From positions 131,330 through 195,329 of the forward strand of contig CAKPHH010000001.1 of the NCBI GenBank assembly GCA_934157235.1: a stretch of 64,000 nucleotides of DNA, given 5' to 3'. Shown here one piece after another: positions 27,465 to 38,898 of this stretch (position 1 is its first letter; every line of letters starts with the position of its first letter). The DNA is from an uncultured Bacilli bacterium. GTDB taxonomy: Bacteria > Bacillota_I > Bacilli_A > RF39 > UBA660. A program made the position numbers and the translations under genes. The notes beneath the pieces were generated by a model. The model worked only from the letters and a program-made list of their open reading frames with translations, did not search any database and was not told the origin of the DNA.

Positions 27465-28106
27465 ATGAATAAAGAAAATGAAAATATTGAAGTGTTAAAA
27501 GAAGAACAACCAAGAAAAGATTTAAACAATGGTCCTAATAAACAAACAAAAAATGATCATTGCAAACATCATAATCATGATAAAAAACATCCCGAACATG
27601 GTTGTAACTGTAATAATAAATGTGATAATAAAAAAGAAGAAGAGTTACTTGCTAAAGTAAAAGAATTAGAGGAGTTAAATAATTCTTTAACCGAAAAAGT
27701 AAAATTAGCTCAAGCTGAATTAATAAATTATCGTCGTCGTAAAGATGAAGAAACAGCAAATATGTTAAAGTTTGCTAATCAAAACTTAATTATGGAAATA
27801 CTTCCAATTCTAGACAATTTTGAAAGAGCCATTAAGTTAGATGATAATGATTTAACTGATGAACTATCAAAATTCCTAACTGGATTTAAAATAATGTATG
27901 CCTCCCTAAATGGAGTCTTACAAAAATTCGGAGTAGAGGAAATTTCAAGAGTCGGAGAAATATTTGATCCTACTCAGGAACAAGCTCTAATCACTGATAG
28001 TCTAGCTGATCATCAAGATGAAGAAGTGCTAGAAGTATTACAAAAAGGTTATAAACTAAAAGACAGAGTCATAAGACCTGCCTCAGTAAAAATAAATCAA
28101 TTATAA
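27465..28106 (+). CDS. grpE: Nucleotide exchange factor GrpE
   Basis: Coiled-coil N-terminus. NYRRRKDEE and C-terminal beta domain (GYKLKDRVIRPASVKI). Confidence 0.9.
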   Translation: MNKENENIEVLKEEQPRKDLNNGPNKQTKNDHCKHHNHDKKHPEHGCNCNNKCDNKKEEELLAKVKELEELNNSLTEKVKLAQAELINYRRRKDEETANMLKFANQNLIMEILPILDNFERAIKLDDNDLTDELSKFLTGFKIMYASLNGVLQKFGVEEISRVGEIFDPTQEQALITDSLADHQDEEVLEVLQKGYKLKDRVIRPASVKINQL

Positions 28107-28121
28107 AAGGAGAGATAATAT

Positions 28122-29963
28122 ATGAGTAAAATTATTGGTATCGATTTAGGTACAACAAATTCATGTGCTGCTGTACTAGAAGCAGGAGCACCAAAAGTAA
28201 TTCCAAATCCAGAAGGCTCAAGAACAACTCCATCAGTTGTAGCTTTCAAAAAAGGAGAAAGAATCGTTGGTGAATCAGCAAAGCGTCAAGCTTTGACTAA
28301 CCCAAATACTGTTTCATCAATTAAAAGAAAAATGGGTACTAGTGAAAAGGTAGAACTAGAAGGAAAAAAATATACTCCAGAAGAAATTTCAGCTATGATT
28401 TTATCATACATTAAAGATTATGCTGAAAGTTACTTAGGTGAAAAAGTTACTAAAGCAGTTATTACTGTTCCAGCATACTTCAACGATTCACAACGTCAAG
28501 CTACAAAAAATGCTGGTAAAATTGCTGGCTTAGAAGTAGAAAGAATTATCAATGAACCAACCGCTGCTGCTCTAGCATATGGTCTTGAAAAAGATGAAGG
28601 ACAAACAATCCTAGTATACGACTTAGGTGGTGGTACTTTCGATGTATCTATCCTAGAATTAGGTGATGGTGTATTTGAAGTTAAATCCACAGCTGGTAAC
28701 AACCATTTAGGTGGAGATGACTTTGATGAGCGAATCATTGAATACTTAGTAAAAGAATTTAAGAAAGAAAATGGTGTTGACTTATCAAAAGATAAGATGG
28801 CAATGCAACGTTTAAAAGAAGTTGCTGAAAAAGCTAAGAAAGACTTATCAGGAATGGTATCAACTCAAGTATCTGCACCATTTATTGCTAAAGGTGATGA
28901 CGGAGAACCTCTACACTTAGACATGACTTTAACAAGAGCTAAATTTGAAGACTTAATTTCTGACTTAGTAGAGTCAACTCTAGAACCAGTTAGAAAAGCC
29001 TTAAAAGATGCTCATATGACTAAAAAAGATCTAGATAAAGTAATCTTAGTAGGTGGATCTACTCGTGTACCAATGGTATATGACTTAATTACTAAAGAAT
29101 TAGGAAAAGAACCTTCACGTGAAGTTAACCCTGATGAAGTAGTTGCAATGGGTGCAGCTATTCAAGGTGGTGTTTTAACTGGTGATGTTAATGATATTGT
29201 CTTACTAGATGTTACACCTCTATCATTAGGACTTGAAACTTTAGGTGGAGTTATGACAACTCTAATCCCAAGAAATACAACAATTCCAACTTCTAAGAAA
29301 GAAGTATTCTCAACTGCTGCTGATAATCAACCTGCTGTAGATATTCATATCTTACAAGGTGAGCGTCCAATGGCTGCTGACAATAAGACTTTAGGAAGAT
29401 TCCAATTAGGAAACATTCCTCCAGCACCAAGAGGAGTACCACAAATCGAAGTAACATTTGATATTGATGCTAATGGTATTGTTAATGTAAAGGCAAAAGA
29501 TTTAGGAACCAACAAAGAACAATCAATTACTATTACATCAAGTACAAACTTAACAGAAGAAGAAATTGAAAAGATGCGTAAAGAAGCTGAAGAAAATAAA
29601 GAAGCTGATGAAAAACGTAAAGAAGAAGCTGAAGTTAAAAACGAAGCTGAACAAATGGTATTCCAAACAGAAAAGGCTATCAAAGATTTAGGTGATAAAG
29701 CTGACAAAAAAGAAGTAGAAGAAGCTGAGGACTTAATCAAAGACTTAAAGAAAGCTCTTGAGGGTGGAGATATCGATGAAATTAAGAAAGAAAAAGAAAA
29801 ACTTCAAGAAAAAGCTATGGCTTTAGCAACAAAAGTTTATGAACAAGCTGCAAAAGAGCGTGAACAAGAATCAAATGACGACAAAGAAGACGAAGAAGAA
29901 AAGCCAAAAAAGAAAAACAAAAAAGATGATGATGTAAAAGAAGCAGATATTGAAGAAGAATAA
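28122..29963 (+). CDS. dnaK: Chaperone DnaK (Hsp70)
   Basis: [35 protein letters not shown]. Full-length with an acidic tail. Confidence 0.97.
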   Translation: MSKIIGIDLGTTNSCAAVLEAGAPKVIPNPEGSRTTPSVVAFKKGERIVGESAKRQALTNPNTVSSIKRKMGTSEKVELEGKKYTPEEISAMILSYIKDYAESYLGEKVTKAVITVPAYFNDSQRQATKNAGKIAGLEVERIINEPTAAALAYGLEKDEGQTILVYDLGGGTFDVSILELGDGVFEVKSTAGNNHLGGDDFDERIIEYLVKEFKKENGVDLSKDKMAMQRLKEVAEKAKKDLSGMVSTQVSAPFIAKGDDGEPLHLDMTLTRAKFEDLISDLVESTLEPVRKALKDAHMTKKDLDKVILVGGSTRVPMVYDLITKELGKEPSREVNPDEVVAMGAAIQGGVLTGDVNDIVLLDVTPLSLGLETLGGVMTTLIPRNTTIPTSKKEVFSTAADNQPAVDIHILQGERPMAADNKTLGRFQLGNIPPAPRGVPQIEVTFDIDANGIVNVKAKDLGTNKEQSITITSSTNLTEEEIEKMRKEAEENKEADEKRKEEAEVKNEAEQMVFQTEKAIKDLGDKADKKEVEEAEDLIKDLKKALEGGDIDEIKKEKEKLQEKAMALATKVYEQAAKEREQESNDDKEDEEEKPKKKNKKDDDVKEADIEEE

Positions 29964-30033
29964 AAATAGAAAGGAAAAAATAAGAAGTAGTCTTGATTTA
30001 AGTACTACTTCTTATTACTAATTTAAATATAAA

Positions 30034-31830
30034 ATGGAAAAACTATTAGAAAGAAATGAAGTAGAGCAAAAAGATAAATGGGATTTAGAAAGTGTCTATA
30101 AGTCAAACAAAGAATTAAAAATAGATTTTCAAGTAGTACAAGATAATATTGTAAAGTTAGAAGCAATGCAAGAAGAGTTTACAATATCAAGCAAAAAATT
30201 CCTAGCTTTTTTAGAACTATATAATGCTACAACCAGAATACTTGAAAAATTATTTACTTATGCTATTCGTAAAAATGATGAAGACTTGGCAAATAGTACA
30301 TATCAAGAACTATCTGGTAAAGTCCTAAATTTATATCAATCATTTCAAGAGAAAACATCTTTTACAACTCCAGCAATACTAGCTTGTGATAAATCTAAAA
30401 TATTGTCCTATTTTGCTGAAGAGAAATCTTTAGAAAAATATCGTCATAATATTGAAGATATTTTTAGATACAAAGAACATACTTTATCTAAAGAAGAAGA
30501 AAAAATTGTCTCAGCCTATGCTAAAGTAATTGCTAGTAGTAGTGATACAGCATCTTATCTTATGAATGCTGACTTAGAGTTTCCCAAAATTAAAAATTCC
30601 GAAAACAAATTAGTAGAATTAAATTCAAGTAACTATAGTCTGTTTTTAAAAGATAATAATCGAAATGTTAGAAAAAACGCTTTTCTAAAGTACCATGAAG
30701 GTTATGGTAAAGTAAAAAATACTTTAACTTCAACTCTCGCCACAGCCTGTGAAGCTCAAAGTGTCTCTAGTAAATTAAGACACTATAATTCTAGTTTAGA
30801 AGAGAGCCTATATCCTGATGCTGTGCCAACTGAATTATATACTAATCTAATTGAAACTATTCATAAGAATTTACCATCTTTATATGAGTATTATCAAGTA
30901 AAACAAAAATTACTTCATTTAAAAGATTTTCATATTTATGATAGTTATGTTTCTGTTACTAAAGATAATCAAAAAGAGTATAGTTTTGATGAGGGAAAAG
31001 AAATCGTTTTAAATTCTCTTAGTGTTTTAGGTGATGAGTATGAAACTATTTTAAAAACAGCTTTCACGGATGGTTGGATTGATAAATACCCAAATAAAAA
31101 TAAAAAGTCGGGAGCTTATTCATGTGGTGGCTATGACACCAAACCATTTGTCTTGTTAAATTACACAAAGACCTATGATGATGTTTCAACTCTAGCTCAT
31201 GAGTTAGGCCACTCTATGCACACATATTTTTCTAATAAATATAATGATTATGGTAATCATGAATATCCAATCTTCTTAGCTGAGATAGCATCCACTGTTA
31301 ATGAAATGTTATTTTCTCATTACATGGAGGAAAATGCTACAACTAAAGAAGAAAAATTGAATGTCTTGAGTGACAGGCTTGATACATTTAAAGGGACTAT
31401 CTTTAGACAAACAATGTTTGCTGAATTTGAAAAATATATTCATGAATTAACTGACAAAGGTGAGGTATTAACACCAGATCTAATTTGTAACTATTATTAC
31501 GATTTAAATAAATTATATTTTGGGGATGAAGTAGTTCTAGATGAAGAAATTAAATATGAATGCTTAAGAATTCCTCATTTCTATTCTCCATTTTATGTAT
31601 ACAAATATGCAACAGGTTTATCTATAGCTTCCTATATTGCTGAAAATATTATTAATAAAACTCTTGGATTTAGGGAAAAATACATTGAATTTTTAAAGGC
31701 ATCTGGTAGAGATTATCCATTAGAAGTTTTAAAGATAATTGATGTTGATTTAACTGATACCAAAGTATTTGATGAGGCAATGCATGTATTTAGAAAGACT
31801 TTAGATGAATTTATAGAATTAAGTAAGTAA
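30034..31830 (+). CDS. pepF: Oligoendopeptidase F (M3B family)
   Basis: HExxH as AHELGHSMH, with the downstream Glu and C-terminal helical M3 fold. 598 aa. Confidence 0.88.
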   Translation: MEKLLERNEVEQKDKWDLESVYKSNKELKIDFQVVQDNIVKLEAMQEEFTISSKKFLAFLELYNATTRILEKLFTYAIRKNDEDLANSTYQELSGKVLNLYQSFQEKTSFTTPAILACDKSKILSYFAEEKSLEKYRHNIEDIFRYKEHTLSKEEEKIVSAYAKVIASSSDTASYLMNADLEFPKIKNSENKLVELNSSNYSLFLKDNNRNVRKNAFLKYHEGYGKVKNTLTSTLATACEAQSVSSKLRHYNSSLEESLYPDAVPTELYTNLIETIHKNLPSLYEYYQVKQKLLHLKDFHIYDSYVSVTKDNQKEYSFDEGKEIVLNSLSVLGDEYETILKTAFTDGWIDKYPNKNKKSGAYSCGGYDTKPFVLLNYTKTYDDVSTLAHELGHSMHTYFSNKYNDYGNHEYPIFLAEIASTVNEMLFSHYMEENATTKEEKLNVLSDRLDTFKGTIFRQTMFAEFEKYIHELTDKGEVLTPDLICNYYYDLNKLYFGDEVVLDEEIKYECLRIPHFYSPFYVYKYATGLSIASYIAENIINKTLGFREKYIEFLKASGRDYPLEVLKIIDVDLTDTKVFDEAMHVFRKTLDEFIELSK

Positions 31831-31844
31831 AAGAGGTGTAAAAA

Positions 31845-32993
31845 ATGGCTGACAAAAGAGATTATTATGAGGTATTGGGCGTTGACAAAAATGCCAGTAC
31901 TGATGAGATAAAAAGTGCTTTTCGTAAAAAAGCTAAACAATTTCATCCTGATTTAAATAAAGATGATCCTTCAGCAGCTGATAAGTTTAAAGAAGCCCAA
32001 GAGGCTTATGAGGTTTTGTCTGATGAATCAAAACGTAAAATGTATGATCAATATGGTCATGCTGGTGTTAACAATTCTTATGCATCTGGCAATGGTGCTG
32101 GATTTGGTGGCTTTGATGCCTCTGGTTTTGACTTTGGTGATATATTTGATTCCTTCTTTGGTGGCGGAACAAGTGGTTTTGGTGGTTTCTCAAACTTCTC
32201 ATCTTCCGCATCTGGAACTAGAAAAACTCGTGGTAGTGATGTCTTAATGCGTATGAAACTAGATTTTGATGAAGCTATCTTTGGAACAGAAAAGAAATTT
32301 AATTTAGATGTGGTTGAGGAATGTGATGAATGTCATGGTAAAGGTGGCTTTGATCCAGAAACTTGTGAAACCTGTCATGGTACCGGAACTGTTACTAGTC
32401 AAAGACAAACTATTTTAGGTTCTTTCTTATCTAAAGGGCCATGTCCAGATTGCGATGGTAAAGGAAAAATCTATAAACAAAAATGTAGTGAATGTAACGG
32501 AAAAGGAAGAATTAAAAAGAATAAAAAAATTACTATTAATATCCCAGCTGGTGTCCAAACAGGCGATCGTCAAAGAATTTCTGGCAAAGGAAATCCTGGT
32601 ACCAATGGCGGTGAAAATGGTGATTTATACTTAGAATATGTAGTCGAAGAACATGACTACTACACAAGAGATAATGATGATATCTATCTAGAAGTACCAT
32701 TAACTCTAACCGAAGCCATTCTAGGTTGTAAAAAAACAATTCCTACTTTATATGGAAATGTAAAATTAACTGTTGACGCTGGAACCTCATCTGGTGAAAA
32801 ACAAAAAATCAAAGGAAAAGGTGTCAATAACGAATACCGTAGACATAAAGGAGATATGTATGTAATCTTTAAAGTCTACACTCCAAAGAAACTAACTAGA
32901 GAACAAAAATCTTTAATAGAAAAGTTAAAAGATACAGACATGACAACTCGTGAAACAAATGATTTTGACAAGTTTGTCGCTAAAAATGATTAA
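31845..32993 (+). CDS. dnaJ: Chaperone DnaJ (Hsp40, type I)
   Basis: J domain with HPD. G/F-rich linker. Four CxxCxGxG zinc-finger repeats. C-terminal substrate-binding domain. Confidence 0.95.
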   Translation: MADKRDYYEVLGVDKNASTDEIKSAFRKKAKQFHPDLNKDDPSAADKFKEAQEAYEVLSDESKRKMYDQYGHAGVNNSYASGNGAGFGGFDASGFDFGDIFDSFFGGGTSGFGGFSNFSSSASGTRKTRGSDVLMRMKLDFDEAIFGTEKKFNLDVVEECDECHGKGGFDPETCETCHGTGTVTSQRQTILGSFLSKGPCPDCDGKGKIYKQKCSECNGKGRIKKNKKITINIPAGVQTGDRQRISGKGNPGTNGGENGDLYLEYVVEEHDYYTRDNDDIYLEVPLTLTEAILGCKKTIPTLYGNVKLTVDAGTSSGEKQKIKGKGVNNEYRRHKGDMYVIFKVYTPKKLTREQKSLIEKLKDTDMTTRETNDFDKFVAKND

Positions 32994-33019
32994 GTGATTA
33001 CCAATCACTTTTTCTTTTT
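32993..33019 (+). terminator. Rho-independent terminator after dnaJ
   Basis: AGTGATT-acc-AATCACT hairpin followed by TTTTTCTTTTT. Confidence 0.6.
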
Positions 33020-33101
33020 GTATAATTTTGTATTTGTTGCAAAAGCAACACAAAAAAACTGGCTAATATGATACAATAAACTAGTCTAAAGGAGGATTAA
33101 C

Positions 33102-33953
33102 ATGACAAAAGGTGACAAATACACTAAACAAATATTTAGAAAGATATTAAGAGATGGTTGTCTTGATAAAGATCCAAGAGGACATTATGCTGATGGTGCT
33201 AAGGCTCATACTCTAAGCATCAATCATGGTATGTGTACTTATGATTTAACTAAAGGAGAAAGTCCCTTAATAACGCTAAGACCAATAGCTGTAAAATCAA
33301 GTATTGGTGAATTATTATGGATTTATCAAGATGAATCAAATGACCTTAATCTTTTAAGAGATAAATATGGTGTAACTTGGTGGGATGAATGGGACATAGG
33401 AAATAGAACAATCGGAACTGTATATGGTGAAACCGTAAGAAGACATAATTTAGTTAAAAATTTAATTAAAGATATAGAAGAAAATCCTGATGGCAGACGT
33501 CATATAATTAGTCTTTGGCAAGAAGATGACTTTAAAGAGCCTCATGGTCTAAAACCTTGTGCCTTTATGACCGAATGGAATGTTCGTCATGGTAAAGATG
33601 GTGTTGATTATCTAGATATGTGCCTAACTCAACGTTCAAGTGACTTCGCAACAGCTGGTTGTATTAATCAAGTTCAATACTTAGTTTTCCTGCATTTAAT
33701 TGCTAGACATCTTGGTCTAACTCCAGGCCGTTTCACTTGGTTTTATAACAATATTCAAATATATGACCGACATATTAAACAAGTAAAAGAACTATTAAAA
33801 AGAACTCCAGTCGATTGTGAACCTAAAATATGGTTAAACCCAGACAAAAAAAACTTTTATGATTTTACTGTTGATGATATTAAAATAATTGATTATCCAA
33901 GAGCTGAAATAAAAGAAAAAAATCCTCAACTTAAGTTTGAAATAGGTATTTAA
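33102..33953 (+). CDS. thyA: Thymidylate synthase (ThyA)
   Basis: RRHIISLWQ, catalytic Cys in KPCAFMTEW, LTQRSSDF and the folate-binding C-terminus. RBS AAGGAGGA. Confidence 0.92.
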   Translation: MTKGDKYTKQIFRKILRDGCLDKDPRGHYADGAKAHTLSINHGMCTYDLTKGESPLITLRPIAVKSSIGELLWIYQDESNDLNLLRDKYGVTWWDEWDIGNRTIGTVYGETVRRHNLVKNLIKDIEENPDGRRHIISLWQEDDFKEPHGLKPCAFMTEWNVRHGKDGVDYLDMCLTQRSSDFATAGCINQVQYLVFLHLIARHLGLTPGRFTWFYNNIQIYDRHIKQVKELLKRTPVDCEPKIWLNPDKKNFYDFTVDDIKIIDYPRAEIKEKNPQLKFEIGI

Positions 33954-33954
33954 A

Positions 33955-34437
33955 ATGGCTACCATAACTTTAATCGCAGCCATAGGAGACAATAATTGTC
34001 TAGGAAAAGATAATAAATTATTATGGCATATTCCTGAAGATTTAAAATTTTTCAAAGAACATACTATTGGTAAACAAATAATACTAGGAAGAAAAACTTT
34101 AGAATCCCTACCAGGGCTCCTTCCTAAAAGAAAACATTTAGTCTTAACACATCAAAATATAGAAGAAAACGAAAACCTAAAAACATTTTCTAATCTAAAC
34201 GATTTACTAAAGTACCTAGCGCCTTTAGAAGAAGAGGTCATGGTAATTGGTGGAGCTAAAGTCTATGAAGAGTTTTTACCATATGCTCATAAATTAATCT
34301 TAACAGAAATATCAGAAAACGTAGAAGCTGATGCTTATTTTCCAACTATAAAAGAATCCGACTGGGAAAAAGAAATCTTATCAGAACATGAATATAATGG
34401 ACTAAAGTATATTCATGCCATCTATAAAAGAAAATAA
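33955..34437 (+). CDS. folA: Dihydrofolate reductase
   Basis: IAAIGDNNCLGKDNKLLWHIPEDLKFFKEHT, GRKT, VIGGAKVYEEFL. The ATG is 1 nt after the thyA stop. Confidence 0.9.
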   Translation: MATITLIAAIGDNNCLGKDNKLLWHIPEDLKFFKEHTIGKQIILGRKTLESLPGLLPKRKHLVLTHQNIEENENLKTFSNLNDLLKYLAPLEEEVMVIGGAKVYEEFLPYAHKLILTEISENVEADAYFPTIKESDWEKEILSEHEYNGLKYIHAIYKRK

Positions 34438-34450
34438 ATTAAAAATGTAA

Positions 34451-34481
34451 AATATCACTCAAAAAAAGTGATATTTTTTTC
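34451..34481 (+). terminator. Rho-independent terminator after thyA-folA
   Basis: AATATCACT-caaaaaa-AGTGATATT hairpin followed by a T7 run. Confidence 0.65.
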
Positions 34482-34558
34482 TTAAAGTAATTGAGTTTTT
34501 TCTCTAAATAATGTAATATTATAAGAGAATAATGTAAAGAGTAAAGGGTGTGTTAAAT

Positions 34559-36382
34559 ATGACTTTAAGAATGTATGGAAGTATGGCTTTTGCAATTTGT
34601 GCTTTAGTATATTTAAGTTTTTTATTACTTATGTATATAAATAAGAAGAAAGTAGGGGGTATGCAAACTAAAGTATTTTCTGCCTTACTTGCTGCAGCAA
34701 TTTTCCTGTCTCTTAGTGAATGTGGTTACGTTTATGGACTTTCTGTTTTAAAAACAGATCCTAAATTAACTGAAATAACTTGTCGAATTTATACCTTTGG
34801 TATTTTATTAATTATAAATTTATTTATATATTATCTTATAACTATGTTTCAAAAAGGATACGAGAAAGAGAAACAACGTAAGAGAAATTTAATTGCCTTA
34901 GGTCTAGGAGTATTATTAACAGTTATAATTACTTTAATTTCTATATTGCTACCATTAGATTATACCAGTTCAAAATCTGGACTATATAATTTTGCTGGAC
35001 CAGCTACCACAATAGTATACGCTGAAGGATTCCTTTTATTCCTTGCTATATTTATTGTTATGATTATTAAAAGAAAAAAAATACCTAAAAGTCAACAGAG
35101 ACCTATTTATTTCTTTTTATTTATCTTCATTGTCTTTATATCTCCACAATTAATCTTTGATTATGACTTAAACTTAATTTCATTTAACTTTGCTTTCATG
35201 GTTTCAACTTTATACTTTACCCTTGAAAGTCAGGACAATAAGCTAGTTCAAGAACTTCAAGCTCTAAAAGAAGATGCTGAAACAGCCGATAAAGCTAAAA
35301 CAGAATTCTTAATAAATATGTCCCATGAAATTAGATCTCCTATGAGTACAATCTTAGGTTACAGTGAAATTCTTCTAAACGAAGAACCATTAACAGAAAG
35401 TGTTGCTAAAAGAGATACTGAAAACATCTATAATGCCAGTAATGTTTTAATGCAATCTATAAGTACTATACTTGATATTTCAGAATTAGAAAATGATAAA
35501 GAAGTAATTAGAAATGAACAATATAACATTAATAGTCTATTATTTGAAATAGAAGAGACAACCATTTCTAAAATTAAACGTGATATTGAATACAAGACAA
35601 TTTCAAATAACACTATTCCAAAAGAACTAATTGGTGATGTAGAAAAGATTCGTAAAATTCTTAATTACATAATTGATTATTTCTTAGATTCTACACCATC
35701 TGGAAAAATAACTTTATCAGTTAGTTCCAAAACACCAGATGCTGATAAATGTCAAATGTTCTTTACTATCACCAGCAACAATTGCCATATTTCTCAAGAA
35801 AAATTTGATATTGAATTTAATGATTTTGTTAAATTAGATGAAAATTCTGATAATTCTATTGATACTATTGATTTAAAATTAATAATCGCTAAAAAATATA
35901 TTGGCTTATTAAAAGGAAAAGTAGATTTCAACAATGAAAATAATAACTGCGATTGTACAATTCTATTACCACAAGGTATTGAGGAAAATGCTACTATTCC
36001 TCGCCAAACTGTAAGAGAAGAACATCCAGATAACAAAAAGACTGTCTTAATAGCCGATGAAAATAGAGTTAATCACATAATTATAAATAAATTTTTAGAA
36101 AATGATGGTTTTAATATCATGAATTCTTATAGTAAAGAAGATGCAAATAACAAAATTAGATTTGAAAAACTAGATTTAATTTTAATAGATTCGAACTTTT
36201 TAAATGAAGATTTAGAACACATACTTAAAGAAAAAACAGAACCTTGTGCTATTGTTGAAATGAATGAAAATCATGTTCTTAAGACCAAAGAATATGTTAA
36301 TGATATTATTTATAAACCTATAAGCAATGATTCTATCAGAAAAGTAATTAACAGATATATTAATGAAAAGGAAGTGAAATAA
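34559..36382 (+). CDS. Membrane histidine-kinase paralog: intact H-box, degenerate ATP-binding domain and degenerate receiver
   Basis: TM sensor ending [10 protein letters not shown]-box [15 protein letters not shown]. No DxGxG/GxGxG G-boxes in the HATPase-like part. Receiver-like C-terminus reads LIADEN...LILIDSN, missing the acidic pair. Start at ATG 34559, after GGGTG. Confidence 0.75.
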   Translation: MTLRMYGSMAFAICALVYLSFLLLMYINKKKVGGMQTKVFSALLAAAIFLSLSECGYVYGLSVLKTDPKLTEITCRIYTFGILLIINLFIYYLITMFQKGYEKEKQRKRNLIALGLGVLLTVIITLISILLPLDYTSSKSGLYNFAGPATTIVYAEGFLLFLAIFIVMIIKRKKIPKSQQRPIYFFLFIFIVFISPQLIFDYDLNLISFNFAFMVSTLYFTLESQDNKLVQELQALKEDAETADKAKTEFLINMSHEIRSPMSTILGYSEILLNEEPLTESVAKRDTENIYNASNVLMQSISTILDISELENDKEVIRNEQYNINSLLFEIEETTISKIKRDIEYKTISNNTIPKELIGDVEKIRKILNYIIDYFLDSTPSGKITLSVSSKTPDADKCQMFFTITSNNCHISQEKFDIEFNDFVKLDENSDNSIDTIDLKLIIAKKYIGLLKGKVDFNNENNNCDCTILLPQGIEENATIPRQTVREEHPDNKKTVLIADENRVNHIIINKFLENDGFNIMNSYSKEDANNKIRFEKLDLILIDSNFLNEDLEHILKEKTEPCAIVEMNENHVLKTKEYVNDIIYKPISNDSIRKVINRYINEKEVK

Positions 36383-38238
36383 TGATTACAGGATTAACAC
36401 TAACTATTGGTAGTTTCTTTTTCATGATTTTGTTACTTATTGTTTATTTTTCACAAAATAAACAAAAAACAATTGAAACTAAATTATATAAATATATGCT
36501 TATTACTATGATGGCTTTAATCGTTACTGAGATTATCTTATGTGCCATAGTATATTACGCTGATAGTGAACAAATTAAAACTATAGCAGCAAGAATTCAC
36601 TGGCTCTCAGCTGTAGCTTGGTTCTACTTATTGTATTTTTACAGTATTGCCTTTCTACGTGACATATCAATCGATTCATTTGGCAAATATATGTTTTATG
36701 ATACTAGAAGCAAGATAATGACTATTTTTACTATAATCGTACTAATGGTATATTTCTTTATTCCATTTTCAAGTTTTGAAAAGATGTCTTATCTTCCAGG
36801 TCCAGCTGCCTACTTCTTAATTACCTATTGTACAATAGTTATGCTATGTATAATTGGCTATACTATTTTCCATGGTAAAGAAATCAATGCCCGTAAGAAA
36901 AAAACTATCTTTTTCCAAGTAATAATTCTAGCCGTTGATATGACTCTTCAATTTATGTTCAAAGATATTGCAATTGAAGCTATTGGTGCTGCTGTTCAAA
37001 TGTTCTACTTATACTTTAACATTGAAAATCCAGACATCAAAAATGTTGCTGAACTAGAAATTATAAAAGCTGATATTGATAAATCAAATAAAACTAAATC
37101 GGACTTCTTATCAAATATATCTAGCGAAATAGTTCATCCAATGAATACAATTATTAATTGTAGTAAATTAATACTGAAAGATGATAACTATACCGAAGAG
37201 AAGGCTAAAGGTTATATCAAAGAAATATCTATTGCCGGTAGTAATCTATTAAACATTATTGATAATGTCCTAGATATATCTGCTCTTGATTCTAACGAAG
37301 AAGTTCTTGATTCTAAAGAATACTCTGTTGTTAATATTGTTAAAGATATAACTGATGTAATCAATACAAAACTAGGTGAAAAACCCGTAGAATTTTTACT
37401 AGAAGTAGATGAACAAATACCAAGTAAATTATCTGGTGATCATAACAAGATATATCAAATTCTCTTGAATCTTTTATCTAATTCTATTGAACATACTGAA
37501 GTTGGTAAAATAAAGCTAACTATTGAAATGGAAAAGAAAGATAATGATAACTGTACTTTAGTAATTCGTGTAAACGATACTGGAACAGGAATGACTAGAG
37601 AAGAGTACGACAAAATAAATAGCATTCTAAATACCAAGGAATCAGATAATTCTAATAATATTGATGAAATAGGTTTAGGTTTATCTACTATAAAGAAATA
37701 CATTACTTTAATGAATGGTAATATAACTTTCCAAAGTGAATATGGAGTAGGTAGTTCTTTCCAAGTTCAAATAGACCAAAAAATAATTAACAATATGCCA
37801 GTAGGCGATGTCAAAAACACTATTAAATCTGATGAGAAAATCACTTACATTGATTGTTCTAGATACACAGTTCTAATAGTAGACGATGATGAATTAAGTT
37901 CTAAAGTAACTGAAAGAATGCTTGAGCCTTATAAATTTAACATCAAGAAAGTATCATCGGGAAGAGAATGTATTTATAATATTAAAGAAGATAATAAATA
38001 TGACTTAATATTTATGGATCATATGATGCAAAGTTTAAATGGTATTGAAACTCTTCACAAAATAAGAAAACTAGATGGTTATACCATTCCTCCAGTAATA
38101 GCTCTAACAGCTAACGCTATCTCTGGTATGCGTGAATTATATTTAAATGAAGGTTTTGATGAATACTTGCCAAAACCAATCAAAACAGCTGAACTTAATA
38201 GCTTAATTAAAAAGTATTTTGGTAAAGACTTACAATAA
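36382..38238 (+). CDS. Membrane hybrid histidine-kinase paralog: H-box His replaced (SSEIVHP), intact HATPase_c and receiver
   Basis: The TAATG overlap with the upstream kinase implies translational coupling. YFNIENPDIK junction. LSNISSEIVHPMNT replaces SHEIRTP. NDTGTGM and GLGLSTIKKY G-boxes. Receiver VLIVDDDE, LIFMDHMMQ, ALTANA, KP. Confidence 0.75.
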   Translation: MITGLTLTIGSFFFMILLLIVYFSQNKQKTIETKLYKYMLITMMALIVTEIILCAIVYYADSEQIKTIAARIHWLSAVAWFYLLYFYSIAFLRDISIDSFGKYMFYDTRSKIMTIFTIIVLMVYFFIPFSSFEKMSYLPGPAAYFLITYCTIVMLCIIGYTIFHGKEINARKKKTIFFQVIILAVDMTLQFMFKDIAIEAIGAAVQMFYLYFNIENPDIKNVAELEIIKADIDKSNKTKSDFLSNISSEIVHPMNTIINCSKLILKDDNYTEEKAKGYIKEISIAGSNLLNIIDNVLDISALDSNEEVLDSKEYSVVNIVKDITDVINTKLGEKPVEFLLEVDEQIPSKLSGDHNKIYQILLNLLSNSIEHTEVGKIKLTIEMEKKDNDNCTLVIRVNDTGTGMTREEYDKINSILNTKESDNSNNIDEIGLGLSTIKKYITLMNGNITFQSEYGVGSSFQVQIDQKIINNMPVGDVKNTIKSDEKITYIDCSRYTVLIVDDDELSSKVTERMLEPYKFNIKKVSSGRECIYNIKEDNKYDLIFMDHMMQSLNGIETLHKIRKLDGYTIPPVIALTANAISGMRELYLNEGFDEYLPKPIKTAELNSLIKKYFGKDLQ

Positions 38239-38272
38239 AAAAGATTTCACGAATAACGTGAAATCTTTTAAT
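38238..38272. terminator. Bidirectional Rho-independent terminator between convergent genes
   Basis: AAAGATTTCACG-aataa-CGTGAAATCTTT perfect hairpin flanked by A and T runs. Confidence 0.65.
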
Positions 38273-38887
38273 TTAGGACTTTTTTCTAAGACATAATTCC
38301 CATAATACTTTAGGATTATCATATCTATCCATATTATTTTCTTCTAAATAGTATACATTAAAATTTTTAAAATAATAGTTGCAGTCTTCTTCATCAAAAT
38401 ATCTTTTATAAATATTTCCATCGAAGAAAAAGTTATGATCGATTTTTTCTAAATTATTTGTAGAAGGAATTCCCTTAGTTGAGTTAACTCTAACTAAAAG
38501 ATAGCCATCTTTCTTTAGTACCCTTAAAATTTCTTTAATGATATACTTTGTCATTTCCTTATCAAAATAGTGTAGACATAAATCCGCAATTATAACATCA
38601 ACAGAATTATCACTAAATGGTAATCCTCCAGTCATATCAAATAACATTGTCTGTAAATCTTTATTTTCTTCCTGGATCATCTTTAATACTTCAGTTGAAA
38701 AGTCTGTTGCGATAACGTCACTAAACCCTTCTGAAATTAAATAATTACTACAGTAAGCTCTTCCACACCCAAGTTCCACAAACTTAAAGTCTTTTCTAAA
38801 TAGTTTAGTATATTTATTTAGCCAATCATCATAAGTTGAAATATACTTCTTATGAATATTATCCCAATATATATTAAAATCACTCAT
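38273..38887 (-). CDS. Class I SAM-dependent methyltransferase
   Basis: Motif I VELGCGRAYCSNYL, motif II ADLCLHYF, motif post-II LKKDGYLLV. Confidence 0.75.
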   Translation of the reverse strand: MSDFNIYWDNIHKKYISTYDDWLNKYTKLFRKDFKFVELGCGRAYCSNYLISEGFSDVIATDFSTEVLKMIQEENKDLQTMLFDMTGGLPFSDNSVDVIIADLCLHYFDKEMTKYIIKEILRVLKKDGYLLVRVNSTKGIPSTNNLEKIDHNFFFDGNIYKRYFDEEDCNYYFKNFNVYYLEENNMDRYDNPKVLWELCLRKKS

Positions 38888-38898
38888 ATTATCTTCAC

